DNA of 64,000 nt, from positions 33,730,001-33,794,000 of the forward strand of contig NC_086109.1 of NCBI RefSeq assembly GCF_963921235.1. Reading direction: 5' to 3'. How positions within the stretch are numbered: the stretch's first letter is position 1; each line of letters begins with the position of its first letter. This stretch comes from Mobula hypostoma (lineage: Eukaryota). Both the position numbers and the translations under genes were made by a program. The notes below the pieces were generated by a model. The model was not told the origin of the DNA. It worked only from the letters and a program-made list of their open reading frames with translations, and did not search any database. Shown here one piece after another: positions 24,670-37,039 of this stretch.

Positions 24670-25030
24670 ACAAACTTGCTGTTGGGTTTGGAGACTTGCG
24701 TTCCTCAATGACCCGGAGACCTATGTTGGTTGGAGTCAGGGCTTTATGCTTTGTCTCTTATTAGGGTGCCCCAAGCCAAAGAGTAGAGGCCAGATTAAGA
24801 ATGGCCCACTGATCCTCCAGGGTCAACCCTGACTGTAAAACTAAATTGTTACAGAAACAGCAATGCAGAGTCCTTCTACATCTGAGTGCAACGGTATTCC
24901 TGAATCTTCACATGAGACCTGCATGACTGACAGTAGTGAAAACTGAGAGGAAGCTACTGACATGATGAAGGAAAACCTAAATGCCCTTTGAGATGATGGA
25001 CCTTCATTATTGCCCCAGATGCCAGATATA
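24670..25030 (+). mobile_element. Non-coding RTE-derived (5' UTR-like) element
   Basis: GAGGCCAGATTAAGAATGGCCCAC...CAACCCTGACTGTAAAACTAAATTGTTACAGAAAC resembles the RTE 5' UTR motif found in non-autonomous derivatives. Recognised by eye only. Confidence 0.4.
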
Positions 25031-26364
25031 AAAATGAAATGTCCTTAGACTTCACATACAAAATGTTTTCCATAGATGCTGCCTGACCTGCTGAGTTCCT
25101 CCAGCCTTTTGTGCGTGTCGCTTGGATTTCCAGCATCTATCTGCAGATTTTCTCACGATTCTGTTCTTAGGTTTTCTCCTTCTGGTCAAGAATATAGCAC
25201 ATCAACATAAACACAATGTTTAAATATTTAGCCACACAATAGTTTGGGCTGACTATTATAATTTCATTTAAGTTTTAACATGAAAGTAAACATGGGAAAC
25301 AGTTTCAGCCAAAAAAACCCAGAAATCCCACTTCAGTTATTCTTTTAAAGTGGTCATACAATTCATTTTATTTAAGTTTTCAAAAGGAACTACAGTCAAT
25401 TTGTCTCACAACATGATACTGAGACTCCCTGTGCTTTTGTTGACTAAACAACTTTGTCTGGAAAAAGTTCAACTGAACTGAAATGGTTCACTTCCTCTGG
25501 GAAATGAGTATAATTTTTCATGTTGGATTGAGATAAGAAGTAACAAGCACACAGTGTACTAAGATGATTAATAATTTAGGCCAGGAGATGCACATGTAGC
25601 TTAAGACATGCAAGCAGGGATAAAATACTGCACAGGTGTAATAGACAAATATGAAATTTTCTTGATTTGCTGTCAGATCTGAAGGAGCCACTCACTCGTC
25701 TAACTTTAAGTAGGTTTGGGGGTAAAAAAGAGATTTATGCACAGATTCTACCACTGGTTGGATTTGTATGAATATATATCACCAAGGTCAGGCTGACATT
25801 CAAATATGCATTTGTAGTAAACACAAAACTGATGAGTGATTGAATAACCGTGGAGCTAAACGCTGTCACTGTTAATGAAAAAAAAATCAACTAAGCTAAA
25901 AATAAATTAATTTGACCAGCTAACTAAAGCAACAGAATACCTTATGAAAATATGTTTGGCTAAAATAAAGTATTGGAACTTACGGATTATAGTTTAGTGT
26001 ACATTTATCTGTTATTCAGAACTTTCCATTACTCAAATATGTATGGTGTCCAGTTCAAACTAGAGATTTTGTAAATGCTCCCATACTCTTAAGGTTTGTC
26101 CTCAAGATGTGGGATAACTTTCACTAAAAGATGTCAGAATTGCATTCTCAATGTAATAAAAAACAGGAATTTAAGTGAGAAACTTGCCTGATACATTGCT
26201 GGCAATTATCACAATTTTGTTCACATAATATCACATTTTATTCTACTTGTTGAAAAATCAAATGTCATGTAGAGGACAGCAACTGCACTGAACATGAGAC
26301 ATTCTCATACTGAGCTTTAGTATATCCTTGATTAAACATAGCCAATTTTATTTTAAAAGTCTTC

Positions 26365-26975
26365 GACCATAAGACATATGAGCAGAATTAGGTCATTCAG
26401 ATCATTGTGTCTACTCCGTCATTTCATCATGGCTGATCTATTTCCCCTCAATCCCATTCTCCTGCTTTCTCTCCATAAACTCGCACGCTCTGACTAATCA
26501 AGAGCCTGTCAACTTCCTTTACATACATCCAATAACCTAGTCTCCACAGCTGCCTGTGACAACAAATTCCACAGATTCACCAGTCTCTGGCTAAAGAAAT
26601 TCCTCCTCATCTCCATTCTAAATGGATGTCCCTCCATTCTGAAGTTGTGCCATGTGGTCCTGGACACCTCCACTAAACATCCTCTCCGCATCTGTCTCGG
26701 CTTTTCAACATTCGGTAGGTTTCAATGAGATCCACCCCCTATTCTTCTAAACTCCAGTGAGTACAGGCCCTGAGCCATCAAATGCTCCTCATACATTAAT
26801 CCTTTTATTCCAGACAGCATTGTTCTAACCTTCCCCTGAATCCTCTCCAATGCCAGCACATCCTTCCTTAGATATGAGGCACAAAATGCTCACAATAATC
26901 CAAGTGTGGCTTGACCAATGCCTTAAAGCCTTAGCATTACATCCTTGTTTTTATATTCTAGTTTGCTCGAAATGA
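26365..26975 (-). mobile_element. CR1 3' fragment
   Basis: ORF 26509..26691 reads FRMEMRRNFFSQRLVNLWNLL. The tail rc is GACCATAAGACATA. Confidence 0.85.
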
Positions 26976-27799
26976 TTAGATTGTAAGTAGTTAGGACACC
27001 AGCACTGATCGCAGCTACACCTCATTAGCTATTGATTTCCAATCTGAAACTGATCCATACATTCTCCTTCTCCAATTTCTGTTTGTTGTCTATACTCCAT
27101 ATTATCCCTAATCCATACACACTTATCTCGTGCAGTCATCTTTTATGTGACATGTTATTTATTGCCTTCTGGAAATCCAAATAAACTACATCTACTACTT
27201 CCTCTTGATCTATCCTGTTTGTTATTTCTTCAAAGACCTCTCAAACATTTGGAAAATGTATTATCTTTCATAAATCTGCATTGTCTTATATTTTTATAAA
27301 TGTTGTACAATCACCTCTTTAATAAAGTCCAATGTAAATTTATTATCAAAGTACGTATATGTCATGATATACTACCCTAAGATTCATTTACTTGCAGGCA
27401 TTCACAGTAGAATGAAAAACTGAGCAGAATCAACAAGAAACTACACACAAAGATTGACAAGAAACTAATATACAAATGAAGGCAAACTGTGTAAATACAA
27501 AAAAAATGATAAAAATAAATAATAGGTAAATAAATAACACTGAGAGCATGAGCTGTAGAGCCCTTGAAAGTGAGTCCATAGGTTGTGTTATCCATGCAGT
27601 TTTAGGACCATGATGGTTGAAAAGTTATAACTGTTCCTGAACCTGGTGATGTGAAATCTTAGGCTCCTGTACCTCCTTCCAGACAGCAGGAGTGAAAAGA
27701 AATGGCGGGGTTCTTTGATGATGGATGCTGCTTTCTTGTGATCTTTCACACTTCTCGAGTGACAGATTTTATGTGTATTGACCTTGTTCTATGCTTTCC

Positions 27800-28480
27800 T
27801 TGAGACCATAATACATTGGAGCAGAATTAGGCCTCTTGGCCCATCGAGTTTGCTCTGCCATTCCATCATGGTTTCTTTATGGAAACCATACTGATTTTGC
27901 CCTGCTTTATCATGTGCTTCCAAGTACCCCGAAGCTTCATCCTTAATAATAGACTCCAACCTCTTCCCAACCACTGAAGGTAGGCCAACTGTCTATAATT
28001 TCCTTTCTTCTGCCTTATGAAATACTGGAGTGGCATTTGCAATTTTCCGGTCCTCAGGAACCATTCAAAAATCTAGTGATTCTTGAAAAATCATTACCTT
28101 TGCCTCCTGCAATCTCTTCTCCTACCTCTTTCAGAACCCTGGGGTGTATACCATCTGGTCCAGGTGACTTTTCTACCTTCAGACCTTTCAGCTTCCCAAG
28201 CACCTTCTGCTTAATAATAGCAGCTACACTCACTTCTGCCCCCTGACACTCTTGAATCTCTGGCATACTGTTAATGTCTTCACCAGTGAAGACTGATATA
28301 AAATACCTATTACATGTATACGACATTTCTTTGTTCCCCATTACTATCTCTCCAGTGTCATATTCCAGTGGTCCAATATCCATTCTCTCCTCTCTTTTAC
28401 TCTTCATATATCTGAAAAAAACTTGTGGCATCCTCCTTGATATTTTTATTTCTGCTCTCGAATTTTTATGAATACTGGAG
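27800..28480 (-). mobile_element. Internally deleted CR1 (linker/RT start fused to 3' tail)
   Basis: Encodes FFRYMKSKRE...LKGLKVEKSPGPDGIHPRVLKEV and VGKRLESIIKD. The tail lies at about 27800-27870. Confidence 0.85.
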
Positions 28481-31400
28481 TCACATCTGCAGTATTCTAA
28501 TTCTGGAACCTCTCCAAAGTATACAGGATTTTGTTTAGTTTGGTGGGAGGCCAGAAACATTCTTGTCACATGTACTGGGCAGTAGTCTTCCATGACTAAG
28601 AGATTAGCCACCACCTATCACCCCACCTCTCTTGACACTAAGCAGTACCTCTGGCAAACTCTCCATTCTCAATATTCAAGGGTCAAGTATTAACCTGATT
28701 CTTAAATGGATCTGCTACACCCAAACTTACTGCAAAAACAGGGTCAAAGGCATGTGTTCTGAAGTCAGCAACACAACTCCAGACTCCCAGATCCCTTTCA
28801 CCAAGGCTCAGTCTAGATTACTATCAAATTCTCAATACTTCTCTGTTAAGTAAAGCACCATTTATACTCCAGAAGATTTATTCTGCTAAGAGTAAAGCTT
28901 TTGGCTCGACTGGAACCCTAATTAACTCATTAATTTTTTTCACTTCTTCCACTATCAGTGTACTCTCATTGCAGTCTGTACTGTCCACAGCAATTCTTCA
29001 AGACAGAACAGAACAGGTCCTTCAGCCCATGATGTTGTGCTGACCCATATAAACATACTCCAGGATATTTAATGTTACCTCCCAAAGCCACAATCACTAT
29101 AATTGATAAGGGTAAAAGGACCACAGTGTAGGGTTCTACTGCTACTGGAGTGGAAGTGATGGGGTCAGGTTGGGAGAGGAAGCCCCTTTATTGTTGTAGT
29201 AATATACCATCACAGAGGGCCATACGAGTGGCTACAGTACTATTGATGTGTAGGAATGTGATAGAACAGTACAGAAAGCATTGACTACGAATGAAAAGAA
29301 ATTTCATGGTTTATTCATGTAAGTATTTTTTATTATGATTAAAGTTTATTTTGATCAAAGAAATTCTTGGAGAAAAATTTTGGCACCCATCTTCAGCATT
29401 GCTTGGTCTAAATCTAGGCACTCTTTCCCTAACAGCCCTGGAGAACCACATTCACCTTATAGATAGAAGCAGTCAAGGACATCAGCTCACTCGGGCCTTC
29501 TCAAGGTCGAATAGGGATGGGTAAAATGCTTTCATTGCCAATGATGCCCACATCCCACAAATGAATAAAAATATCTACATATACAGGATGCAGCGTTTAA
29601 GCCACTGGTTACCAGAATGTTTCATTTCAAGGTAAACATGGGAACCTAGTCAGGAAAGATTGCCATGTCTGTCCACAGGAGCTGTTTAAATGAGCGACAT
29701 TGTGTGAACAATATTTTAAGCACAAATCATTCCTTATTTTCATTGCTTGGGTGGATCTGTACTTCCCCAGTTTCCTGAAAGTTTATGTTCAACTAACATA
29801 AGGATTTGTTACAGGACCGGAGTGTCTGATTTGTTTCTTAAAATAACCTGTAAGATCTAGCCAAAGGAGCAGAGCATTGGGCACACCTGAAACAGGATTT
29901 TGTTCCTTTCTTTTAATTCCTCACTTTGTAATTCAGTGGCAGACTAACGTCAAATGTGATCTTTATTGTATCTTGGTAACAATGTTTTGTTTAAGCGATA
30001 AATGATAAAATCTGAAATAAATGACATTATGAATTTTGTTATTCAATGATACAGTGGTGTGGTACATATGATGTCTATTTCTCTCTTTCTAAATCCTGAC
30101 TCACATTCGCTCTGATGGCTGATAAATCTTAATGTTTGTAATCCTGGTTAAAAAAAAAATGATACTTGCAGCAGTAGAACGATCACTAAGTCTTCCAAAA
30201 AAATTACTGCGACACATTTTCAGTCCTGGTCAGTTCATGAAGTATTAATGATGTTAAATGGTGCAGGCTGTGTCAATTATCTTTTGTTCTGCCTTGTGCT
30301 TGAGTTTATCAGACATCACTTGAATTTTGTTACCAGACTGTTATTTTTTTGACAAATCTGGCAATGTTGATTCAGAAATCTCTGGCAGTAACTAGGTTAG
30401 TTTTCCTTTAGTCCAGATACTTGTAGTAAACAAGTCATGAAACTGAGCAAAGCTTCTTGTTTGATTCTCTGCTCTCTCTTTTATTGAAGCAGCATACATG
30501 GACAGCCATACTGGAGTGACCATATGACCTCAAGACCACAAGACCATAAGAGATAGGAGCAGAATTAGGCCATCTATCCCACTGAGTGTTGTCTGCCATT
30601 CAACCATGGAAGATTTTTTCAGCCCCTTCTCTTTTCAGCTCCCTCCTTCTCCCAACCAGAGCATCAGATATTCTCCAAATCCATGAACCACTGACACAAC
30701 TGAGTATTTTGACTTATCCCGCTCTCCCACCCGCTTACGGCATGAGGTTTTGCATCATATGATCTATTGCCTTTTTCCTCACAAAATCAGATTAGTAATG
30801 CATGTCAACTTAGAGAGCTAAGCCAGTTAGAAAACAGAACTGGCTGTTGCAATTGATTTTAATTAGTAAATCATTTCTCAGAATGAAAATAAAATGACTT
30901 AATTGTGTGCAGATCAGGGCAAACCTGTGCCAATCTTTTGGCAATGAGATCTCTAAAGTTTTTCATCAACTAGATGAAGATAAGTTTCATAGAATGGAAT
31001 TTGAAATGAGGTGATATGCAGTCAATTCAATGATGAGAATCTCTACCATTATACGAATCGGAAAATGTTATTATTCTGACACATTTCTTTGATTACATTT
31101 TGACATTGGTATGCTGTTACCAAGGAAACCATCAATTGTTACCCACACTCATTGAGGTTGAATTTCAGAATCAAAAAAACACATTTTGGATATCTCAACC
31201 AGCTCAAATGGCTAATTATTTACTGGGGTGGGGGGGAGGAGGATATTGCAGCTGTTAATCTGATTTTTCCACTGGTAAAGTTCAAGAAACAAGTTAGACT
31301 GACGTAACAAAAAATTGACAGTGGAATGATTATACTAAATCTCAGCTTGTTTTACAGAATTCACTTTTAACATCCAAGAGAAAACACTTTCGCTGAAATC

Positions 31401-31832
31401 CAGAGACACTCTTACAATATTTTCTTTGCCCAGTTGCGATGTTCCAGGAATTCACTGAAGCTGCTGGTAGCTCTAAATCCCATCCAGCTGGCTGGCTGTC
31501 AAATATACACTGATTCCCTTCTTATCCAAGTCTGCTGACTTCTTGTTGATATGAAAGTGTTGAGTTTTCTGCACTCCAATGGTGGGCAATGAAAAACAGG
31601 TAAAAGGAACGTAGTGATTACTGAGCGCCCTTTTAGATAGCTGTTAGACAGTGCAGATTCTGATGCCAATGGGCAAAGTGTTCATGTTGAATACGCTGTC
31701 AACTGAATCTTTAAAGGGACTTCTCAATTCTACATCCATCATAGAATGCAGATTAAAATACGGTAAGCAGCCTTTCAGTGGAAACAAACCGAAACCTAGC
31801 AAATATACCTCCCAAGGTCACATTATCCCTTC

Positions 31833-32002
31833 ATAAACACAAGAGATTCTGCAGATGCTGGAAATTCAGAGTAACACACATAGAATGCTGGATGAACTCA
31901 GCAGGTCAGGCAGCATCTATGGAGAGGAATAAAGAGTTGGCAGTTTGGGCCGAGACCTTTCATCCGAGACAGTTCCTGATGAAGGGTCTCAGCCTGAAAT
32001 GC
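31833..32002. mobile_element. Fold-back Penelope terminal insertion with 10-bp TSD
   Basis: TTATCCCTTC flanks it at 31823-31832 and 32003-32012. A minus-strand terminus is followed by plus-strand CTGATGAAGGGTCTCAGCCTGAAATG. Confidence 0.8.
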
Positions 32003-32975
32003 TTATCCCTTCTGAGTTTCTGCATGCTGGCTCCGATGAGCTCCCATAAGGACAGGTCACAGCTACATTCCCTTTTGTTTGCATCTCACCCTGGATACTT
32101 TGAAAAATCTATGACATTTTTAATCAAAAAAGAACAGCAACGGATGTGGGGACTATCTGTCTCATTTCTGTCTAAATCACAAATAATCCCGAAACACTCA
32201 TTGGTCCTTCATGTTCGCTGGGTCTAAGCCCTAACCTCCCTTGGGAGTACCTTCACCAAATTGTTTGTGGTGATTCAGGAAGGCATCTCACCCACTATCT
32301 TTTGGAGGATAATTTGGAATGAATAGTAAATTCCATCCTTGTGAATGACATGGAGATCATGTAAAACTGAATACATAAAAAGCATTGGCCATTATTTTTC
32401 TATGGTCATGGAGACGGTTGAAGCCCTTCTCTCCATATCAATACAGATGTTCAATACAGGCAGCCATAGTGGCAATACAGCTGTTACCTTGCCACATACA
32501 TTAAGTGTTCACACCAAGAAATAAGATCTATCAAACTAACTAGGTTGATGGGGAAATGGTTTAGCCAGATCTCATTGTTTTTTCTGCTGTTTAAACCTGT
32601 TCTGCTGCCCTCAGGTGGCAAGTCCATACTAACAGATCAGAGCAGAGAAAAGCGTGTCTTTTCTACCTTGTGAATGGCGGACTTGTATAGCTTGCTGCTA
32701 GCAGTAACTTTTTCTTAATGAACCATTGTTAATTTTGTTTGAATAGAGAATATCAATGACATGGTCATTGGAAGCTGCAAAATGTTACAAATCAACTTAA
32801 GCAATGCTTTGTTTTTGTCACACTAACCTTGACAGCTCCTGGCAATGAACTCCTTTCCTTACCTTGCTTTCATCTTCCATTTATGACCACAACACTTCAA
32901 GGATTTTGGTAAAAATATTCCTTCTGAAGAGTCGATGTCTTATATTGTTTATAACCCTGCTTAAATTAAGAGAAT

Positions 32976-33126
32976 ACACGCAAAATTCTGGGGGAAATCA
33001 GCAGGTCAGGCAGCATCTATGGAGGGAAACGAACAGTCGATGCTTCGGGTTAAGACACTTCATCAAGACTTCATCGGCGAGTGTTACTCAGGATTTCCAG
33101 CATTGACAGAATCTTTTGTATCTATG
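32976..33126. mobile_element. Penelope terminal insertion with 10-bp TSD
   Basis: TTAAGAGAAT flanks it at 32966-32975 and 33127-33136. A hammerhead-like motif lies on the minus strand at 33034-33071. Confidence 0.75.
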
Positions 33127-33639
33127 TTAAGAGAATTTCTCACTGCACTGCAATCCTCCGTGTCCTTTCCAGCCATGCGTTGTCTCTGCAGATCATCCCA
33201 GCCATGCTTCAACCTACCAGCTCATCAATGGTTGGAACACATTTATGAAGAACAATTGAAGTCAAGACAAAGACCTACACTACCTGTGCAACCACTTCCT
33301 GTCGGTCCTTAGCAACTCTCAATCATTTTAGAAAATGCCAAGCATTTGTACAATCATAGAAACTGCCTGTGGACAATATTGCGGAACTAAACATTCGGTA
33401 ATTGATTTTCTTAAGAAGTGCTGATGGTGGATCTTGAAGGCTGAATGAAAATCAAGATTAAAAGAGGGAATTAAGTGCAATGCTGAACTTGATAATGGTT
33501 ACTCAGCCATCAAATCAGCTTTGCAAAATCTGTTTTACTGTAAGCTTTGCAGGCATTAGGCCTGCTGGGTCTGAGCACCTCACCAGTATAGTGTCTGAGC
33601 CAACTGACTTAACAAGTATGAATGGATACATTAGGCACC

Positions 33640-34225
33640 GATGATGCGTCCATTGATTGGGTTTGACCATGGATATAGCATCCTTGTTGTCTATGAGTTG
33701 CACAATCTGTTATGCAAACCAATGAAGCAGGATATTGAGAGCAAGCTGTTGCCCAGTGATAGACCACCCCTCCCCGCCCCCCCCCCATGCAGCTGATGAT
33801 TCCAAAGGAACAGCAGATGCAGGTCCAGTTTGGCACCAGCAGTGTCGCAGGGGTTGCCTGTCGGTGTTGAACTCACTGTAGGACGGCCTTAGGGTCTGCA
33901 GCTCCAGATTTTTCCTCAGGGTTTACACATGAAGCCTGCCCCATGAAAGTATATAGCTACAAGGCAGCAGAGATTTGAGATCAGAGTTTTCCTTCTCCTA
34001 GATGAGCTGCCAACCACAGCTGGTGAGCTCTATCTGCCCAATGCGACTAGTTTTAAGGTGCCAGTAACCCACCTTTGCCCCTTCTCCTGTCAGTAGAAAC
34101 AGTTCTGCCAAACTTAGTGGCTAAGACACACGTCAAGGCCGGAAGCTGGACTTGGTTGTTAGAGATGATTTGAGATGCATAGCACTGGGAGCATTTAATA
34201 GGTAGTGGGAGCTTGCCCCCACTAC
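33640..34225 (-). mobile_element. Non-coding RTE-related non-autonomous element
   Basis: 33640-33850 is homologous to the body and tail of the SINEs at 17387 and 44532. I see no tRNA head and no long ORF. Confidence 0.5.
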
Positions 34226-34594
34226 AATAACCTTAAAGAACCATGTTAGACACCATCCTGGAACTAAAAGAGTAGCCACGGAGTCCAGAAAAACTTCTAG
34301 AACAAAACATAATTGAAAGTTGCGCCCATGAAATATTATCATGTGGGAGGAAGCTATTTGGCACATCATATATTGCCTCTTTTCTGTGAAGCAACTTTCT
34401 AATGTAATTGAACACTCCAAATGTTTCCCCATACCCTGGAAGACACTCCATTTTAAGCACTCTGAGAAGTAAACTTCCTGGTACCTAACCTTAAGATATA
34501 ATTGAAAACTGTAACAGCTTCACACCTCTCCATTTCCTTGACCTCTGTAATTTTGTGGGTGACTCATGAAGATTGATGATTTCTCATTCAGTGT

Positions 34595-34905
34595 AGAGTC
34601 ACAGAGTCCTAGGATGCTAAAGCACAGAAACAGACCATTCAGCCCATCTAGTCTGTGCCAAATTATTAATCTGCCTACTCCCATCGACCCGCTCCTGGAC
34701 CATAGTCCTCTATACCCCTTCCATTCCTCTACTGTACAAATTTCCTTTAAAAATTGAAATCGAACCGGCAACCACCTGCATGCACTAGTGGGTCATCCCA
34801 CACTCTCACAAGCCACTGAGTGAAGAAGCTGCCCCTAATGTTCTCTTCAAACATTTCACCTTTCATCCTTAATCTATGACCTCTAGCTCTAGTCTCAATG
34901 AAAAT
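34595..34905 (-). mobile_element. CR1 3' fragment
   Basis: Encodes ETRARGHRLRMKGEMFEENIRGSFFTQWLVRVW. Confidence 0.8.
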
Positions 34906-37039
34906 CAAAACTTTCTTTCTACACACCTCTTGAATTTGTAAAATGCTCAGAGCTCTTACTGACATTGGGTTGATAAATATTGCACAGGATGAGGATTTAT
35001 AAAGTTCAGAAGGAAGCATTAGTTTTCATTCTAGCAGCAGTACGAAAGATGCATATGGTTCTGAACCTGGATTATGTGGGGAATAGTCTTTTCATAATCA
35101 ACATTTGTAAAAATTCATCACTGCATGAAATGGGAAACAGTATCTCAGCTGACTGTAATTCAGCAACAATTGAGTTGTCAGTGCAAGCTGTTGAAAAGGT
35201 CTATTATTTCTTAATGTGAAAATATGCAGACCTAATCAATAGTTCCCATTGCAGCACATTTTTGACATTTACATGAAACAGTCAAAGGCTTAGAGATGTA
35301 GCTGCCATCAGCAAGTGTACTGCATAACATTGTGCTTGGAATGTGGAAAATGCTTTTTTCTGGGCAACTGACAGCAGGTATGACAAACATGCTTAGTATG
35401 AAATGATAGCTTGTTGGATCACAACCATACAAGTCATTCATGTGCATTTCTATCGCTGCATGTTCAAAAAGGTTTATCGTTACCATGACTTGTGATCACT
35501 AATTGAAGTTAAGGTGCCTAGAAATGGGATTGCACCTATCTTTAATGTGCTCAAATATTATTGTGCTTAATGCTATTGCCACAAACAAAATTGTGTAATT
35601 GCCTACACTCCAGTCTGAAAGTCTATTAGAGTGGCTTCTACCCAGAAACAAAGATGACATTTATGACTTCCACACAACGTCACTGTGCTCAGCACAATTG
35701 CTGGAAAAGGGAACGTGTCCTTAACATCACACCTTCTCCAGTAGCCACACACATGGTAGCTGCCGCTGGGGATCCAGCAACCGTAGGGAAGAGGAAGACT
35801 CTCAAAAGAACAGTCACATTCTGGTCAATAAGATACAAGGCAAGAAGAAGGTTCTTTGGAGTTGGATATGGAAGGAGGAGGAGGGCATCAGGAGATATGC
35901 CGTAGTATAAAAGACCTTGGTAGGAGATAGTAACTGTGGAGTGAGTGAGAATCTGCAGACCAATGTTTACAGCCACAGAGCAGGGATCCTCACAGAAATA
36001 GATGTTTTCCGCAGAGATCTGAACTTTTTAAGCAAAGTGCTACTCATCAGGAATCACAGAAGTGTAGTAGTAAACCAGTTAAGTGACTGGTGTGGGAATT
36101 CATTCATTCATGTTAGTATAGGTGGACCCAAAAAGATATATGTGGCAACAATTAGAATGTGGAAAGAATCACTGGGTTGCATAACGGTTAAACAGCTGCT
36201 TTGGGGAAGTTAGACTGGCTGCAGAATATTCAAGCTCCAATTTTATTAGCCACATTATCTTAATTGCTAATTTGATTAAGTTTCTGATGATCTAATGATG
36301 AGTGTGCCATTATCTGTCAGGAGGAAAAATTATCATTGTACTTTGGTATCTAATTGTTACTGGAAACATATCAAATTGAGCTTGAAAGTCTTGCAGACTG
36401 TGTATATAAATTACTACCATTCACTGCAATGGGGCTGAACGTTGTGCAATAATTAGCAGATGTTCTCACTTATGGTTTAATAATGGGTGGAGACAGATAA
36501 ATTAAAAAATGGTGACAAAAGGTTGAGATAATTAACCAGTGACAGCCACAATCATTCTTCTGGGACCCTCATTGACCACAACTTTAATTGGGAAAATTTT
36601 CCCATCAACATTAATAATGGGGAGGAAAAGAATCCAATATTTTTGTGTCAACTTGTACAATTTCTCACCTAAACATTTGAAAAGGAGCTTGTGGAATTAG
36701 TCCAAAGTTTTGACAAGGCTCAGGAAAGCCAAGGATGATCAAGAAGTGTAAATTGACAACAGACCTGGATTTTTAAAATAGAAATCTCATTGAAATTAGA
36801 CAATCGAACTGGTCCCTTTTAGAGCAATTCTATTCATGCCTGCCAGTGGAAGTGTTGGATGTGGGTTGAAATTGAACATTTATTTATTTAGATAATTTTA
36901 GATAAGCACATTGACAGGGGAGGGTATGGAGGGCAACAGTCCAGGTGTGGGTCGATGGAACTAGGAGGAATAAAAGTTTGGCATGGACTAGATGGACCGA
37001 AGGGCCTGTTTCTGTGTTGTGCTATTCTAGGACTCCAGT

